Source: Hypanus sabinus | Lineage: Eukaryota | DNA length: 64,000 bases | Direction: 5' to 3' | NCBI RefSeq assembly: GCF_030144855.1 | Contig: NC_082712.1 | Location: forward strand, 9,734,001 to 9,798,000 | Part shown: positions 1-11,690 of the stretch, piece after piece | Position numbering within the stretch: position 1 is the stretch's first letter | Layout of the letters: every line of letters starts with the position of its first letter | The notes under the pieces: generated by a model | Told to the model about the DNA's origin: nothing | What the model saw: only the letters and a program-made list of their open reading frames with translations | The model's database searches: none | Position numbers and translations under genes: made by a program

Positions 1-1675
1 AAGATGAATTATTAGAGGAAGCTGGCGACTAATATCAAAGAAGATACTAAAAGCTTTTTAAGCATATAAAGGGTAAAAGAGAGTCGAGGGTTGATAAAGA
101 ACCAATACAAAATGACTCTGGAGATATCCTAATGAGAGATACAGTAATGGCAGAGGAACTGAATGTGTATTTTGCATCAGTCTTCCCAGTAGAAGACAGC
201 TGCAGTATACCAGACATTCAAGAGTGTCAGGGAAGTGAAGTTTGTGCAGTGAACATTACGACTGAGAAGTTGCTCAGGAAACTTAATGGTCTGAGGATGG
301 ATAAATCTCTTGGACCTGATGGAATGCACCCTTGGGTTCTGAAGGAAGTAGCTGGAGAGATTGCAGAGTCATTAAAGATGATCTTTCAAGAATTGATAGA
401 TTCTGGCATTGTACCAGATGACTGGAAGACTGCAAGTGTTACTCCGCTATTTAAGAAGGTTGGGAGGCAGCAGATGTCACTGTTAGCCTGACATCAGTGG
501 TTGTGAAGTTGTTGGAATCAATTGTTAGGGATGAGATTATGGAATACCTGGAGGCACCTGACAATATAGGCCAAAGCCAGCATGGTTTCTTGAAAGGAAA
601 ATCCTGGCTGACAAACCTATTACAATTCTTTGAGGAAATTACAAGCAGGGTAGACAAAGGAGATGTAGTAGATGTGGTGTACTTGGATTTTCAGAAGGCC
701 TTTGACAAGGTGCCACACGTGAGGCTACTTAGCAAGGTAAGAGCCCATGGAAATAGATTTGTGGCTAAATTTGCTGATGATACAAAGATAGGTGGATGAT
801 CAGGTAGTATTGAGGATTCAGAGAGCCTGCAGAGAGACTTAGATAATTTAGGGGAATGGTGAAGAAGTGGCTAATGAAATACAATGTTGGAAAATGTATG
901 GTCATGCACTTTGGTGGAAGAAATAAGTGGGCAGACTATTCTTTCGATGGGGAGAGAATTCAAAATGCAGAGATGCAAAGAGACTGGGGAGTTCTTGTGC
1001 AGGATACCTTAAAAGTTAACCTCCAGATTGAGTCACTTGTGAAGAAGGCAATGTTGGCATTCATTTCTAGAATATAAGAACAGGGATGTGATGTTGAGTG
1101 TCCATAAGGCACTCATGAGACCACACTTGGAGTATTGTGTGCAGTTTTGGGCTCCTTTTTTTAGAAAGGATAAACTGACATTAGAGAGGGTTCAGAGAAG
1201 ATTCACGAGAATGATTCGAGGACTGAAAGGGTTACTGTATGAGGAATGTCTGGCAGTTCTTGGGCTGTATTCCCTGGAGTTTAGAGAATGAAGGGGGGGG
1301 GGGTGTCTCATAGGAACATTCCAAATGTTAAAAGGCATGAACAGATTAGATATGGCAAAGTTATTTCCCGTGGTAAGGGATTCTAGGACAAGAGGGCATG
1401 ACTTCAAGTTTGAAGGATGTCCTTTTAGAACTGAGATGTGGAGAAATTACTTTAGTCAGAGGGTGGTAAATCTATGGAATTTGTTGTGAAGGTCAAGTCA
1501 TTGGGTGTATTTAAGGCAGACATAGACAGGTTCTTGATTATCCAGGCCATCAAAGGGTATGGGAGAAGACGGGGGAGTGGGGATGACTGGAAGAATTGGA
1601 TCAGCTCATGATTGTGTGACGGAACAGACTCAAGGGGCCAAATGGCCTACTTCTGCTCTTATATCTTATGATCCA
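1..1675 (+). mobile_element. CR1 LINE, 5'-truncated by window edge, degraded ORF2 (RT) and 3' end
   Basis: Broken ORFs with KSLGPDGMHP, QHGFLKGKS, VYLDFQKAFDKVPH, KFADDTKIGG and RPHLEYCVQFW. Confidence 0.92.
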
Positions 1676-2839
1676 TTGGTCTTATAATTATGCTCTGAAC
1701 ATTGGCGCTACACTTTAGTTGTTTGTCCATCTTTGCTTGTGTGTAGTTTTTCATTGATTCTATTGCATATCTTTGTATCGACTGAACCCCTGTGAATGCC
1801 TGCAAGAAAATTAACTCAGGATAGTACGTGGTGACATATTCAGTACTGTGCAGAAGTCTTATGCAAATATATATATATATATAGCTAGAGTGCCACAGAC
1901 TTCTTTGAGGTTCATAATTCACTACTCTGTGGGAGAAATCTCTTACTGAATTGTGAGCTGCCTCAGTGACTATCGATGGGTAACACTCTCATCTACAGTG
2001 CTTCGAGAGGTTGGCTACGGCTAGACCATGATGCCAAATTAAACTGATCAGGTTCTAGATCTTTCCATTCCCCTCTTGTTCACGTGCCTGTCTAAATGCC
2101 TGATAGTCTATGCCATTGTATCAGGTGTCCACCACCTCCATTGGTAACGCATTCCAGGTTTGTACCACATTCTGTAAAACAAAATTACCTGATAAATATC
2201 TTTTAAACACTCACCCTCACATCTTAAACCTGTGCCCTCTGGTATTTTACATTTCCATCTGGAAATAAAACCCTGTGAATATGACTTTCTATCCTTCTGT
2301 CAGGTCTCCTCTTAGCCTCCGATGCGCCAGTGAAGACAACACAAGTAATTGGAAAGGTCAGGGAGTGCTGTAGGTTGTGATGAAAGCATTGGTGATCTAA
2401 GGATTCATACACAGAGGAACTGACCACAGGGAAGGAATGTTGTGTCAAAACAGCAGTAAACAGTGGAAAGGATAAATACAGAACGGAATCCAATTCTGGT
2501 CACTTCACTTCAGAACGGATGTGAATATCTGAGACAGTGTGACAGAGAGCAATTGGTTAACACGCTCCTCATACACACACACATACACACACACGTGTGA
2601 GAGGCAAACTCACACTCGACATGAATAAGTATGGAGTTATTTATGTGTTTTCTTGGAGACATCATTCTACAAATGTTGGCATTTGTCTTTTCACTGTTTT
2701 CACAGATGTTTGGATGTTTGATTTTTGATGAAGCTAATAAATACTGACGTGCTAACATTAAAGTGCTAAGCAACTCCAGCCAGTTTCTTTGGTCATAACC
2801 CCATATCTAATGGAAAGGTTGTAGAGTTTTCCTATCACA

Positions 2840-3180
2840 AACAAGAGAAAATCTGCAGATGCTGGAAATCCAAGCAACAGACACAAAATTCTGGAGGAAC
2901 TCAGTGAGCCAGGCAGCATCTAGGGAAAAGAGTGCAGACGACATTTTGGACTGAGAACCTTCAGCTGGACTGAAGAAAGATGAGGAGTAGATTTAAAAAG
3001 TGGGGGGAAGAGGTGAGAGAAACATGAGGTAATAGGTGAAATCTGGAGAGGGGGAGGGGTGGAAAAGTTGTTTGGTGAAAGTGATGCAGGGATGGAGAAA
3101 GGGGAATCTAATAGGAGAGGACAGAAGGCCATGAAAGAAAGTAAAAGAGGGAGCAGCACCAGAAGGAGGTGCTGGGACAT
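2840..3180 (-). mobile_element. Penelope-like element terminal fragment with decayed hammerhead motif
   Basis: ctgcagatgctggaaatcc...gcagcatct head followed by a purine-rich tract, the same as other PLE ends in the window. Confidence 0.55.
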
Positions 3181-3299
3181 GGCTTTACTTTTTAGTTATT
3201 TTTATATTTATTTGTTGAGGTAGAGTGAAAAATAGGCCCTTCGAGCCATGCCGCCCAGCAAACCCCCAATTTAATCCAAGCCTAATCACTCAAACAGTG

Positions 3300-3740
3300 T
3301 GAGTTATTGATACCAATGACACATTTCACTGTATGTTTTGATGTACACGTGACAAATAAAGCTAATCTTCTGTAACCTATGCAGCCTATGGGAATTCAGT
3401 TTGATGCTAACAGCCACACAGATAGATAGAGTGGACAGCCAGTGCCTTTTCCCCAGGGCACCACTGCTCAGCACAAGAGGACATGGCTTTAAGGTAAGGG
3501 GTGGAAAGTTCAAGGGGGATATTAGAGGAAGGTTTTTCATTCAGAGAGTGGTTGGTGCGTGGAATGCACTGACTAAGTCAGTGGTGGAGGCAGATACACT
3601 AGTGAAGTTTAAGAGACTACTAGACAGGTATATGGAGGAATTTAAGGTGGGAGGTTATATAGAAGGCAGGGTTTGAGGGTCGGCACAACATTGTGGGCCG
3701 AAGGGCCTGTAATGTGCTGTACTATTCTATGTTCTGTAAC
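3300..3740 (+). mobile_element. CR1 3' fragment
   Basis: RGHGFKVRGGKFKGDIRGRFFIQRVVGAWNAL motif. Confidence 0.85.
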
Positions 3741-3964
3741 TGCACTCTATCAGAGAAATTTAATGTGTTCCACCCATCACCACTTTCATTGCCAGCTGAA
3801 GCAGTTTCTTACTCTCAGTCCCTGCTTCTCTTTCCCCAGATGCTTGTCTGACCTGCTGAGTGATGAGTATTACACTGAGCTAGAGAGTCAACAGAATAGA
3901 ATGAAGAGACTCTCGCCAATTTCTGCAGATAGAGAGCATTCTAACTGGCAGCATTGCTGTTCAT

Positions 3965-4860
3965 GGTGAGGTCGACGGAGAAATGCACGATTGAAATAAG
4001 CTGCAGAAAGTTGTAAACTCAGTCAGTTCCATCATGAGCAGTTGCCTCCCCATCATCCACATCATCTTCAAGGAGCAATGCCTCAAAAAGGTGGCATCCA
4101 TTACTAAGGGACCCCATGATCCAGGTGACCCACCCTCATCCCCCCCCACCCCCAGCCCAGCCCATAACCTGCCTAACGCACCGCTCCTTGAAGATGTATT
4201 GGTTGCTACAGAGGCTAATACACAAGATGGAGCTGGCTAATTTTACAAGTCTCTGTAGCTTCTTTCGACGCTGTGCAGTAGCCCGGCCCACCCCATACCA
4301 GACAGTGAAGAGCTGGCACTATGCTCACCGCAGGACAGCTGCAGGAATTTTCGTGTCTTAATTGGCAAACAAAATCTCCTCAGACTCCTCTGGAAATGTA
4401 GCCGCTGTCTTGCTGCATCGGCCGGTATTTTGGACCCACGTTAGATCCTCACAGATTTTGACACCCAGGAACCTGAGATTGCTCTCTCTCTCCATTTCTG
4501 GTCCCTCCATGAGGATTGGTTCACATTTTGCCCTGAGGTCCCCAATCAGCTGAAACCTACAGCCTAATCTACTCACAGTGCAATCGATCGGCCACATGCG
4601 CACTCGCGGTCTGATGCGGTAGACTGAGTTTTTCCTACATTTTCGGCTTTTTATTGCCTCTCTGTGTCGGGAACCAACAAACCCAGACTCGTCTGTACAC
4701 CTGCATTCACTAGTTCCATCACTGCATTCTGTTCTGTTCTTCAAACAAGCAGCTTCCCACCTCATTATACCCCATCTGCACTTTCTTCTCCTGCCTCTCT
4801 CGCAGACTCGCAGTGCCCGGGTCCCAGACCACTTTCCCACCTCACTGTCGGTCATCAGAT
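3965..4860 (-). mobile_element. Rex1/Babar-type LINE fragments (mixed orientation)
   Basis: NLRFLGVKICEDLTW on the minus strand and QCLKKVASITKGPHDP on the plus strand. Confidence 0.6.
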
Positions 4861-5770
4861 TTTGTGAAAGGTTTACTCCGTCTCTTCCTACTGTCATTGA
4901 TATAAAAGTGAATCACTGAAAAGTGAGTCCCCTCACTAACAACAGCAATGTCTCTCCAGTAACCCCGCTCTCAGCTGGTGAGGATCGTGCGGCTGTCTGC
5001 CGTCAGAGAGGAGTGGCAGGAGTCGGTGCGTGAAGCGTGCAGTCTAAGAGCGAGTGGTGGTCTTCGTCGCTTTGCTGCGATCGCAAGACCCTGTTGGACA
5101 TTGTTAATGTGCAACGCTGCACGTGCGATTCAGTAATTTATTTTCGGGGGAACTGGGTGACCACAGTCACAGCGAGGACAAGACCCGGTGTCGCCTGTTT
5201 ACGGCTGCCCAGGAGAGAGGCGCTGGAATCCGTGTGCCTCACCGGAGTGCCGGGGGCTGCGTGCGCGGCGCCCAAACTGGAATCGGAGATGTCCCCCTCA
5301 ACCCCCCGTGTTCGCTCTGCAGAAGACAAGCCAAATTGTGCTCAACCGGAATGTGCTGCAACATTCATGGTCTTGGACGATGTATTTTTTGAGTCTCTCT
5401 GTATTTTACTGGTAGCTTGCATGTGCTTTCTGTCTTATATGTGCCCTGTGCTGTGTGAGAGTTTTGGTACTGTGTTTTGCACCTTGCCCCCCCCAGTAAC
5501 ACTTCTGTTTGGCGGTGTTTATGTATGGGTAAATTGTAATCAAACTTGAACTTGAAAGATGTCACCCATCTCAGGACCCAGAGTGTTGAATCTCCTGGAC
5601 ACCGTTTCCTGGTCAATTGTACCCTCCCTGTCAGTTGTGATCAGACGTGTACTCAGAGCAAGTGGCTAACCCAATAGTTGACACGTTTGAACCATAACCT
5701 CTCTGTTTTCATGTTTTATGCACTGGATAATGAAGGCCAGTCTCCTGTCTGCCACCTTAACCTTATTCAC

Positions 5771-5999
5771 CTGTGCTTCCACCTTCAGTGATCCTCACAT
5801 TGAACTTCCCCGTTCCTTCAGGCCTCATCAATTCCCCTGTTGAACACTCCTGTCTCACTATTGGTAATCTGCACGGCCACGACCCCTTTCCTGAAAGAAT
5901 CACCCAGTATCTGTTCCAACTTCGAAATCTCTCACTCTCAGTGCCAGGATCACACCGCCCTACAGCTCCATTCAAGAGCTAATCTCTCCCTCCAGAGAC
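5771..5999 (-). pseudogene. Decayed V-set Ig exon remnant downstream of the 6368 leader
   Basis: Acceptor cctgtcctgtccccag| and donor ACAG|GTGAAT. Frame-broken pieces LNGAVGR/VIL, GDSFRKGVVAVQITN and LKVEA parallel VNGTVGRSVIL, GDPRKGNAALELQN and the V-exon end. It is 229 nt with stops and frameshifts. Confidence 0.4.
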
Positions 6000-6106
6000 C
6001 TGGGGACAGGACAGGATTCAGCCTCATTGACTCCAACCATTACAGTTTAAATTAGTTTTCTCAAGTTTTCCATTACTTTAGTTTAGAGTGCTGTTATTAA
6101 TAACAA

Positions 6107-6108
<2 letters not shown>

Positions 6109-6164
<56 letters not shown>

Positions 6165-6178
6165 ACATACACACACAC
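6109..6178. repeat. (CT)n/(CA)n microsatellite
   Basis: Direct reading; it lies in the intron between the 6368 leader and the V remnant. Confidence 0.95.
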
Positions 6179-6319
6179 CATCTGAAAGACTGTGTGTGTC
6201 CATGAGATGTATAATTGAACCCCTTCAGTTGCCACTGCAAACTCATTCCAGCTCCTACACTTCTCGCAGATAAGACAGTCAGAAAAACCACTCACTGCTT
6301 TTTATTACAAGATACTTAC

Positions 6320-6368
6320 AGACGACAGAGACACTCAGGATAATGGCGCTCGGTAGAAAGAACAGCAT
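6320..6368 (-). CDS. Signal-peptide exon MLFFLPSAIILSVSVV of a further Ig-type gene or pseudogene
   Basis: ATG at 6368-6366, 16 hydrophobic codons plus 1 nt, perfect donor GTAAGT (6319-6314). RUNX and ETS-like motifs lie just upstream (6420-6466). Confidence 0.6.
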
Positions 6369-8313
6369 TCTCTTCTCTCAGTAAGCTCTCAAGCACCACT
6401 GGTCTCTTTGCTGGCTCGGCGGAAATAAGACTCCTTGCAGTTTCCTGAACTTCGTGGTTACCACAAAGTACAAAAACACTAGAGAGGCTTTGCAAGATCA
6501 ATGGTTAGCTTTAGATAAGGAAGTCCATCTTGACACATTTTGCCTCGGTGACCCAGTCCTCAGCACCTGTACTGTGTGGAACTGAAAGCTGCTACAAAGG
6601 CTTCATCCTCTGGCTGTTGAACTGCTGGTGGGGCATCACCAGACGGACACCCAACATTCCAAGTCTGTAACATACATCAGTTATGTCCGAAATGGAAAGA
6701 GTTTTTAAAAGTTCCTAGTGCAGCAAATCAGGAAGGAACAAAGAAAATTTTAATTAGTCATTATTTATGATCAAATACAAAGTAAATTAAAGATTGCAAC
6801 ATTCATGTTGATTGCAAAATAACAGTTTAAAGAAGTTGTCATGAAGTATGATGTTTTGTGCAGCATTACAGGACAATACATAAAAACTACTAAAGAAATT
6901 GTGAAAAAGAGAAACAGAATATTTACATTCATGGACTACTCAGAACTCCGCTGGTGCAGGGGAAGAAGCTGTTCCTGATTTGTTACGTCTGGGTCTTCAG
7001 GCTGCTGAACTCTCTGCCCAAAGGTGGTAAGACGAAGAGGGCATGTCCCAGATGATGAGGGTTTTTAATGATGAATGCTGCTTCTTCTGGGCATCACTCG
7101 TTGCAGATGTCCTGGATCCAGGGATGGAACCATCTGCATCCTCTTGCGATCCTGTGCATTGAAGGCTTCATACCAAACTGTGATGCAACCACTCAGCATG
7201 CAGTCCAGAGTATATCCAACACATTTCTGTTTACAACACAACTGAATCAACTGACTTCAGCGGGAGGTTTCTGGGGAGTAACACTGGAAGAGATGGTGAT
7301 TAATCACACATTTGAGTTCAGCTCTGCTTTATCAAGAACGTCCTCAATGTGAAGACAGGTCCCTCCCCAACCCACTCTGACCCCCTGAACCCTATTACCT
7401 GGCTCTGCAGTTTGTGATTTCACACCACTCCCTATCTGGAATGACGACCGCATCCATGCTGACGGGAACCTGGCAAAGACACAAGGGTGACAAAGCGTTC
7501 TCGTAGAGGTTTTTTCTACTGGGTGGACGGACTGTGTAACGCTTGTATTTTCCTGTTTATCATCTGGGCATGAGTCCCCTTTCCATATTCAGACTGGGTC
7601 GAGTGATTCTGCTGCTGAAGTGTGTGTGGAGCAGGTCTCCGAAATCCCTACAAATCTGCTCTTTGAAATGTTCCCGAATTTAACCCTGGCATGATTTTTA
7701 TGCTCTTTGACCATGATTGTTCTTGGCAAATGCTTTTTGCGTTTTCAGATTGGTTCCCAGGGACTAGTGTTGTTCCACAGGGGTCGGGTTTGGGACTGTG
7801 TCAAAGATTTGGATGATTTGGATGATGGAATTGATAGAGTGAATGTGGAATCCAGGTCATTTTGTGTACTTAACTGGAATTTCAGAGGTTATTGATTAGT
7901 CAGGGCATGAAAGGTTATGGGTCAAGGCAGGAGAATGGGGTTAAGAGGGAAAATTGATCAGCCATCATGAATTTGCAATGCAGACTCAATGGGCTGAATG
8001 GCCTCATTCTGCTCCAGTCTTTTTTGTTCCTCTGGTCTAAATGTACCCAATGACTTGGCCTCCACAGCAGTCTGTGCTAATGAATTCCACAGACTCACCA
8101 CTCTCTGGCTAAAGACACTCATCATTTCCAATCTAAATGGATGTGTTTCCATTCCCTATTGAACCACTGAGATTACTGGCTCAGTGTTGCAAGATCCATA
8201 GCCGACCTGGGTAACCTTCATCGACCTTCAGCAGGAACGCTCACCCTGGGATCCATTACAGTCCAGATCCAGTCTGTTTGCTGATGGAATTTTCCCTCCA
8301 CTTTAGCATACCA

Positions 8314-8590
8314 CAGTAAGGTTGCGGTTTGTGTGATGCTATTACAGCTCGGGGTGTTGGAGTTCAGAGATCAATCCCAGTGTCCTCCGTAAGGAGTATG
8401 TCTGTCTTCCCTGTGGAATGCATGGGTTTCCTCCAGGTGCTCTAGTTTATTCCCACATTCCAAAGTTGTACCGATTAGTAGTTTAATTGTCCTGTGATTA
8501 TGTTTGTGGTAAATTGGGGTTGTCAGGGTTTGCTGGGCAGCATGGCTCGAAGGGCGGAACGGTAAATTCCATCCTGTATCTCTAAAATTA
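8314..8590 (+). mobile_element. tRNA-derived SINE (HE1/V-SINE-like)
   Basis: Shared body gtaaggag...gggtttcctccaggtgctc...ccacattccaaag...ctgtatctctaaa. Related copies at about 19245-19395, 22425-22632, 27105-27320, 27775-27950(-), 28640-28895(-) and 58780-59060. Confidence 0.65.
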
Positions 8591-9015
8591 CATCTCTACC
8601 AAAGGAGGTGTGAGGAGCTCTGGTCCTCTGCTAGCCTGTAGGTCACCCCTGGGCAAGGTGTAGAAGCTGGCTAGCCACCCTAACACACCCACCCCCCATC
8701 TGGGGCAGTTGAAGCCATGGGAGTAGGTGGTGGATGGTCGTACAAGCAGCTGGAGCAGATCACAAACCCTGGTTATGCAAACAATGACACAAGGCAAGCA
8801 ATTTCTGAAGAGTATTGATAATGTCTGGGGTCACCCATCTTGTAAAGACAGTGCCCAGAAGAAGGCACTTCTGTAGAAAAATTTGTGATCAGTCATGATC
8901 ATGAGACCATGATCGCCCAGATCCTGCGACATGTCACATAATGATGATGCTGTTCTCTAACATAAAAATTGTAAAGATTCAATGAACTTAATTTGATTTT
9001 CTTTCCTCCTCCAAG

Positions 9016-9375
9016 TCCTGGCCACCATCCTGACTCTGTCTCTTGTGACTGTTGATACTGGAACCACCCTCGTGTGCAGGGCTGAAGGGAAGCCCCCTGC
9101 AAACATCACGTGGATTGACCTCGAGGACAGCACATTGCCCATGAACAGCAGCGAGATGAGAGTCACCGGAGATCTGGAGAGTGTAGGAAAGCTGGTTCTG
9201 TCCGGGCTGAGAGGGAGCTACTGCTGTGTGGCTATGAATAAGCATAGGAGAGACACCCGCGAGATCCACCTAGCCAAGACGGGAACAAGTGCTTTGCTGT
9301 TGGCCCTCTTCATTGTATTGTCCACTTTTGCAATCATTCCTTTGGATGTTTTTGTTGTTTGGTCTCTGAAGAAAG
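9016..9375 (+). pseudogene. Orphan Siglec-15-like C2+TM exon (second paralog; probably decaying)
   Basis: Acceptor ttttctttcctcctccaag|TC, donor AAAG|GTAAGC, 360 nt open, phase 1-1. Reads LVCRAEGKPPANITW...GSYCCVAMNKH...ALLLALFIVLSTFAIIPLDVFVVWSLKKG. No intact V exon was found upstream, and several substitutions are non-conservative. Confidence 0.7.
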
Positions 9376-9458
9376 GTAAGCAATCCAGTGAATGGTCCAC
9401 TCTTGCTGGGTCAGGGACATTTCACAGAGGGGGATGGATACAGAGGCCATTCAGTCCA

Positions 9459-10645
9459 TTAGCCCAGTTCCACCATAGAATTAATCTTTAACTTCCGAGC
9501 AATTCCCATCAGTACATCCCTTTTAGCCTCGTCCAGCCCCTCAGGGGTTGGATCCGCCACAAACTTATTAACCTCAAACTCCATTTCTGATGTTTTTCTG
9601 CACCAAATTAAATAAGGAAATTTATCCCGATCAATTCAAACAGATTTGAATTTTACATTCAGATCCCGGATGAGCCCCCAATTTGTTTTTTTTAAACCCC
9701 CGTGACCGGGTTACCGAACCAGCAGAAATGGAATACACGTTGGAGTCTGGTATTACTTTAACTAATAGTGTTTATTAGTAAACTAAGTAACACAGTACTA
9801 TAAAAATGCAGGTATATGAAACAGGTTAGCAATGATATATACAGAAGTGTGGAAGAAAGAGTCAAAACCAAACTCTTTCAAAGTCTAGGGGTAAATGAAT
9901 AGTTTTACGATGGTGCAGAGTTCAGCTCAGTTCTGTTCAGTTTAGTTTAAGTCGAGGTAGTTNNNNNNNNNNNNNNNNNNNNNNNNNNNNNNNNNNNNNN
10001 NNNNNNNNNNNNNNNNNNNNNNNNNNNNNNNNNNNNNNNNNNNNNNNNNNNNNNNNNNNNNNNNNNNNNNNNNNNNNNNNNNNNNNNNNNNNNNNNNNNN
10101 NNNNATCTTTCCATCGTCTTCCTGTCCTGTTATGGTCACTGACTGTGATCCTGTACCTGGCAAGACCGTTCTTCAATGGTAAGCCTGTCACCCAGGCGAG
10201 GGTGGACACACACACAAGCCCCCACTGGTCTGCCTTCACACACTGTGAGCCTCTAATCAATTCCTCCAAATCGATCCTCCAAACCCCCACCTTCATGTGG
10301 ATGCACAATGCTCTTTCAGTGTCCCGTGGTGTGTCTGCTTGTGTCTTCGCAGACCTGCTTTTTATCTCCCGTTACGGGGTAACGGCCGTCCATTAACTGT
10401 CCATCACCTGGTCCCTCCTCACTGTCTCAGCAAGAATCCACACCAGCAGGCCAAGTCCTTGAAGCAAGGTAAACAATTAGTGAAGAAGCCATAATACTAA
10501 ATCATCTCTCTCTCTCTCTCTCTCTCTTTCTCATTAGCATCTGCAGCAGGATGCCTCCCCCCTCTTCTTCTTTCTCTTTTGTTAGCAGCATAGTTCACAG
10601 GGAGGAAAACTCTGGACCCCTTCTCAGCCTGGTTTACTCATCACA
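9459..10645 (-). mobile_element. Truncated Gypsy LTR retrotransposon: 5' LTR, tRNA-Pro PBS, gag N-terminus
   Basis: The plus strand at 9663-9680 reads ATCCCGGATGAGCCCCCA (tRNA-Pro 3' end, so a PBS on the minus strand), next to the LTR end. ATG at 9584 gives MEFEVNKFVADPTPEGLDEAKRDVLMGIARKLKI, typical of fish Gypsy gag starts. The LTR spans the gap and its outer boundary is approximate. Confidence 0.75.
9963..10104. other. Assembly gap (142 N)
   Basis: N run. Confidence 1.
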
Positions 10646-10719
10646 ATGGTGATAGATTCCATTTATTTGGAACATGCAGTGAAACACATTATACTCTGTA
10701 ACTTCTTCCATCTCCAAAA

Positions 10720-11230
10720 GGACCCTACCACTAAACGTATCAAACATATCTTTACCTCATCCACACCCTTTGTTTTTTGCAGGGATCACTCCCTCCACAA
10801 TACCCTTGTCTAGTATTCCTTCCCCACTAATCTCCCTCCCAGCATTTATCCCGAAGTGGCCTACAGCACAATACACAGCCACAGTATATACACCCCCACC
10901 CTCACCTCCACTCAGGGACCCAAATAGTTCTTCCAGGGAAGGCAACACTTCACCTGAGAATCGGCTGGGATCATCTATTGTGGTCAGTGTTCCCAGTGCG
11001 GCCCCCTCTACATTGGTGAGACCTGTCATAAATTGGGGGACCGCCTCGTCGAGCACCTCTGCAACATCTGCCACAAGCAGGATTTCCCGGTGGCTAGACA
11101 TTTAAATTCTGATTCCCATTCCCTTTCCAACGTGTCGATCCATAACTACCCTCAGGGTGGAGGAGCAAGTTCTTATATTCAATCTGGGTGCCCTACAACT
11201 TGATGGCAAGAATATTGACTTCTCCTTCCG
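10720..11230 (+). mobile_element. Penelope-like element fragment (GIY-YIG end)
   Basis: catttaaattctgattcccattcc...ggtggaggagcaa...ctgatggca...aatattgacttctcc matches the PLE 3' region at 50840-50990. Confidence 0.65.
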
Positions 11231-11690
11231 ATGAACAAAATGCTTTACTGAGACAGTTGGAAGTATCGAGCAAGTCCACAGAGGAGAGGCTGGTTTTACT
11301 GATATCCACTCGCTGCAGTTTCCTTCAACGCTGTTATGCAGGATGCCTGCTTTGATACGTCAATAAATACTGGTGATGGTAAGCAGTTAAATGCCATTTT
11401 TTGTAGCCTTCTGAGGACATCTCCCAACGCCCCCCCCCACTTCCATCCAAGGCATCCAACAGTGGCATTGCATTCACAGAGCCCTCAACATTGTGAAGGA
11501 CGCCTCCCATCCTTCCCACAATCTTTCTGACCTCCTACTGTCAGGAGCAAGGGCTGTTAGGCTGGTGAACAGCTTCTTTCCCCAGGCTGTGAGACTTCTG
11601 AACCGTCTGTTGCCACACATTATTTATTGCAGTTCTAGCAACAGTAATACAGTTGTATATTTAACTATATGTTGTGTATGCACTTTATAT

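Noticed and set aside
5037-5549. 170-aa ORF in a GC-rich stretch
   Set aside because: No domain, overlapping ORFs in several frames, and it ends in the common repeat tail; probably an unclassified repeat.
6435-6447. 13-mer TTGCAGTTTCCTG shared (reverse complement) with 43238-43250
   Set aside because: Shared 13-mers are expected by chance many times in 64 kb.
6541-6660. GDP...YCVELK fragments resembling a V-domain end
   Set aside because: The pieces are in different frames, very short and lack splice context; likely chance.
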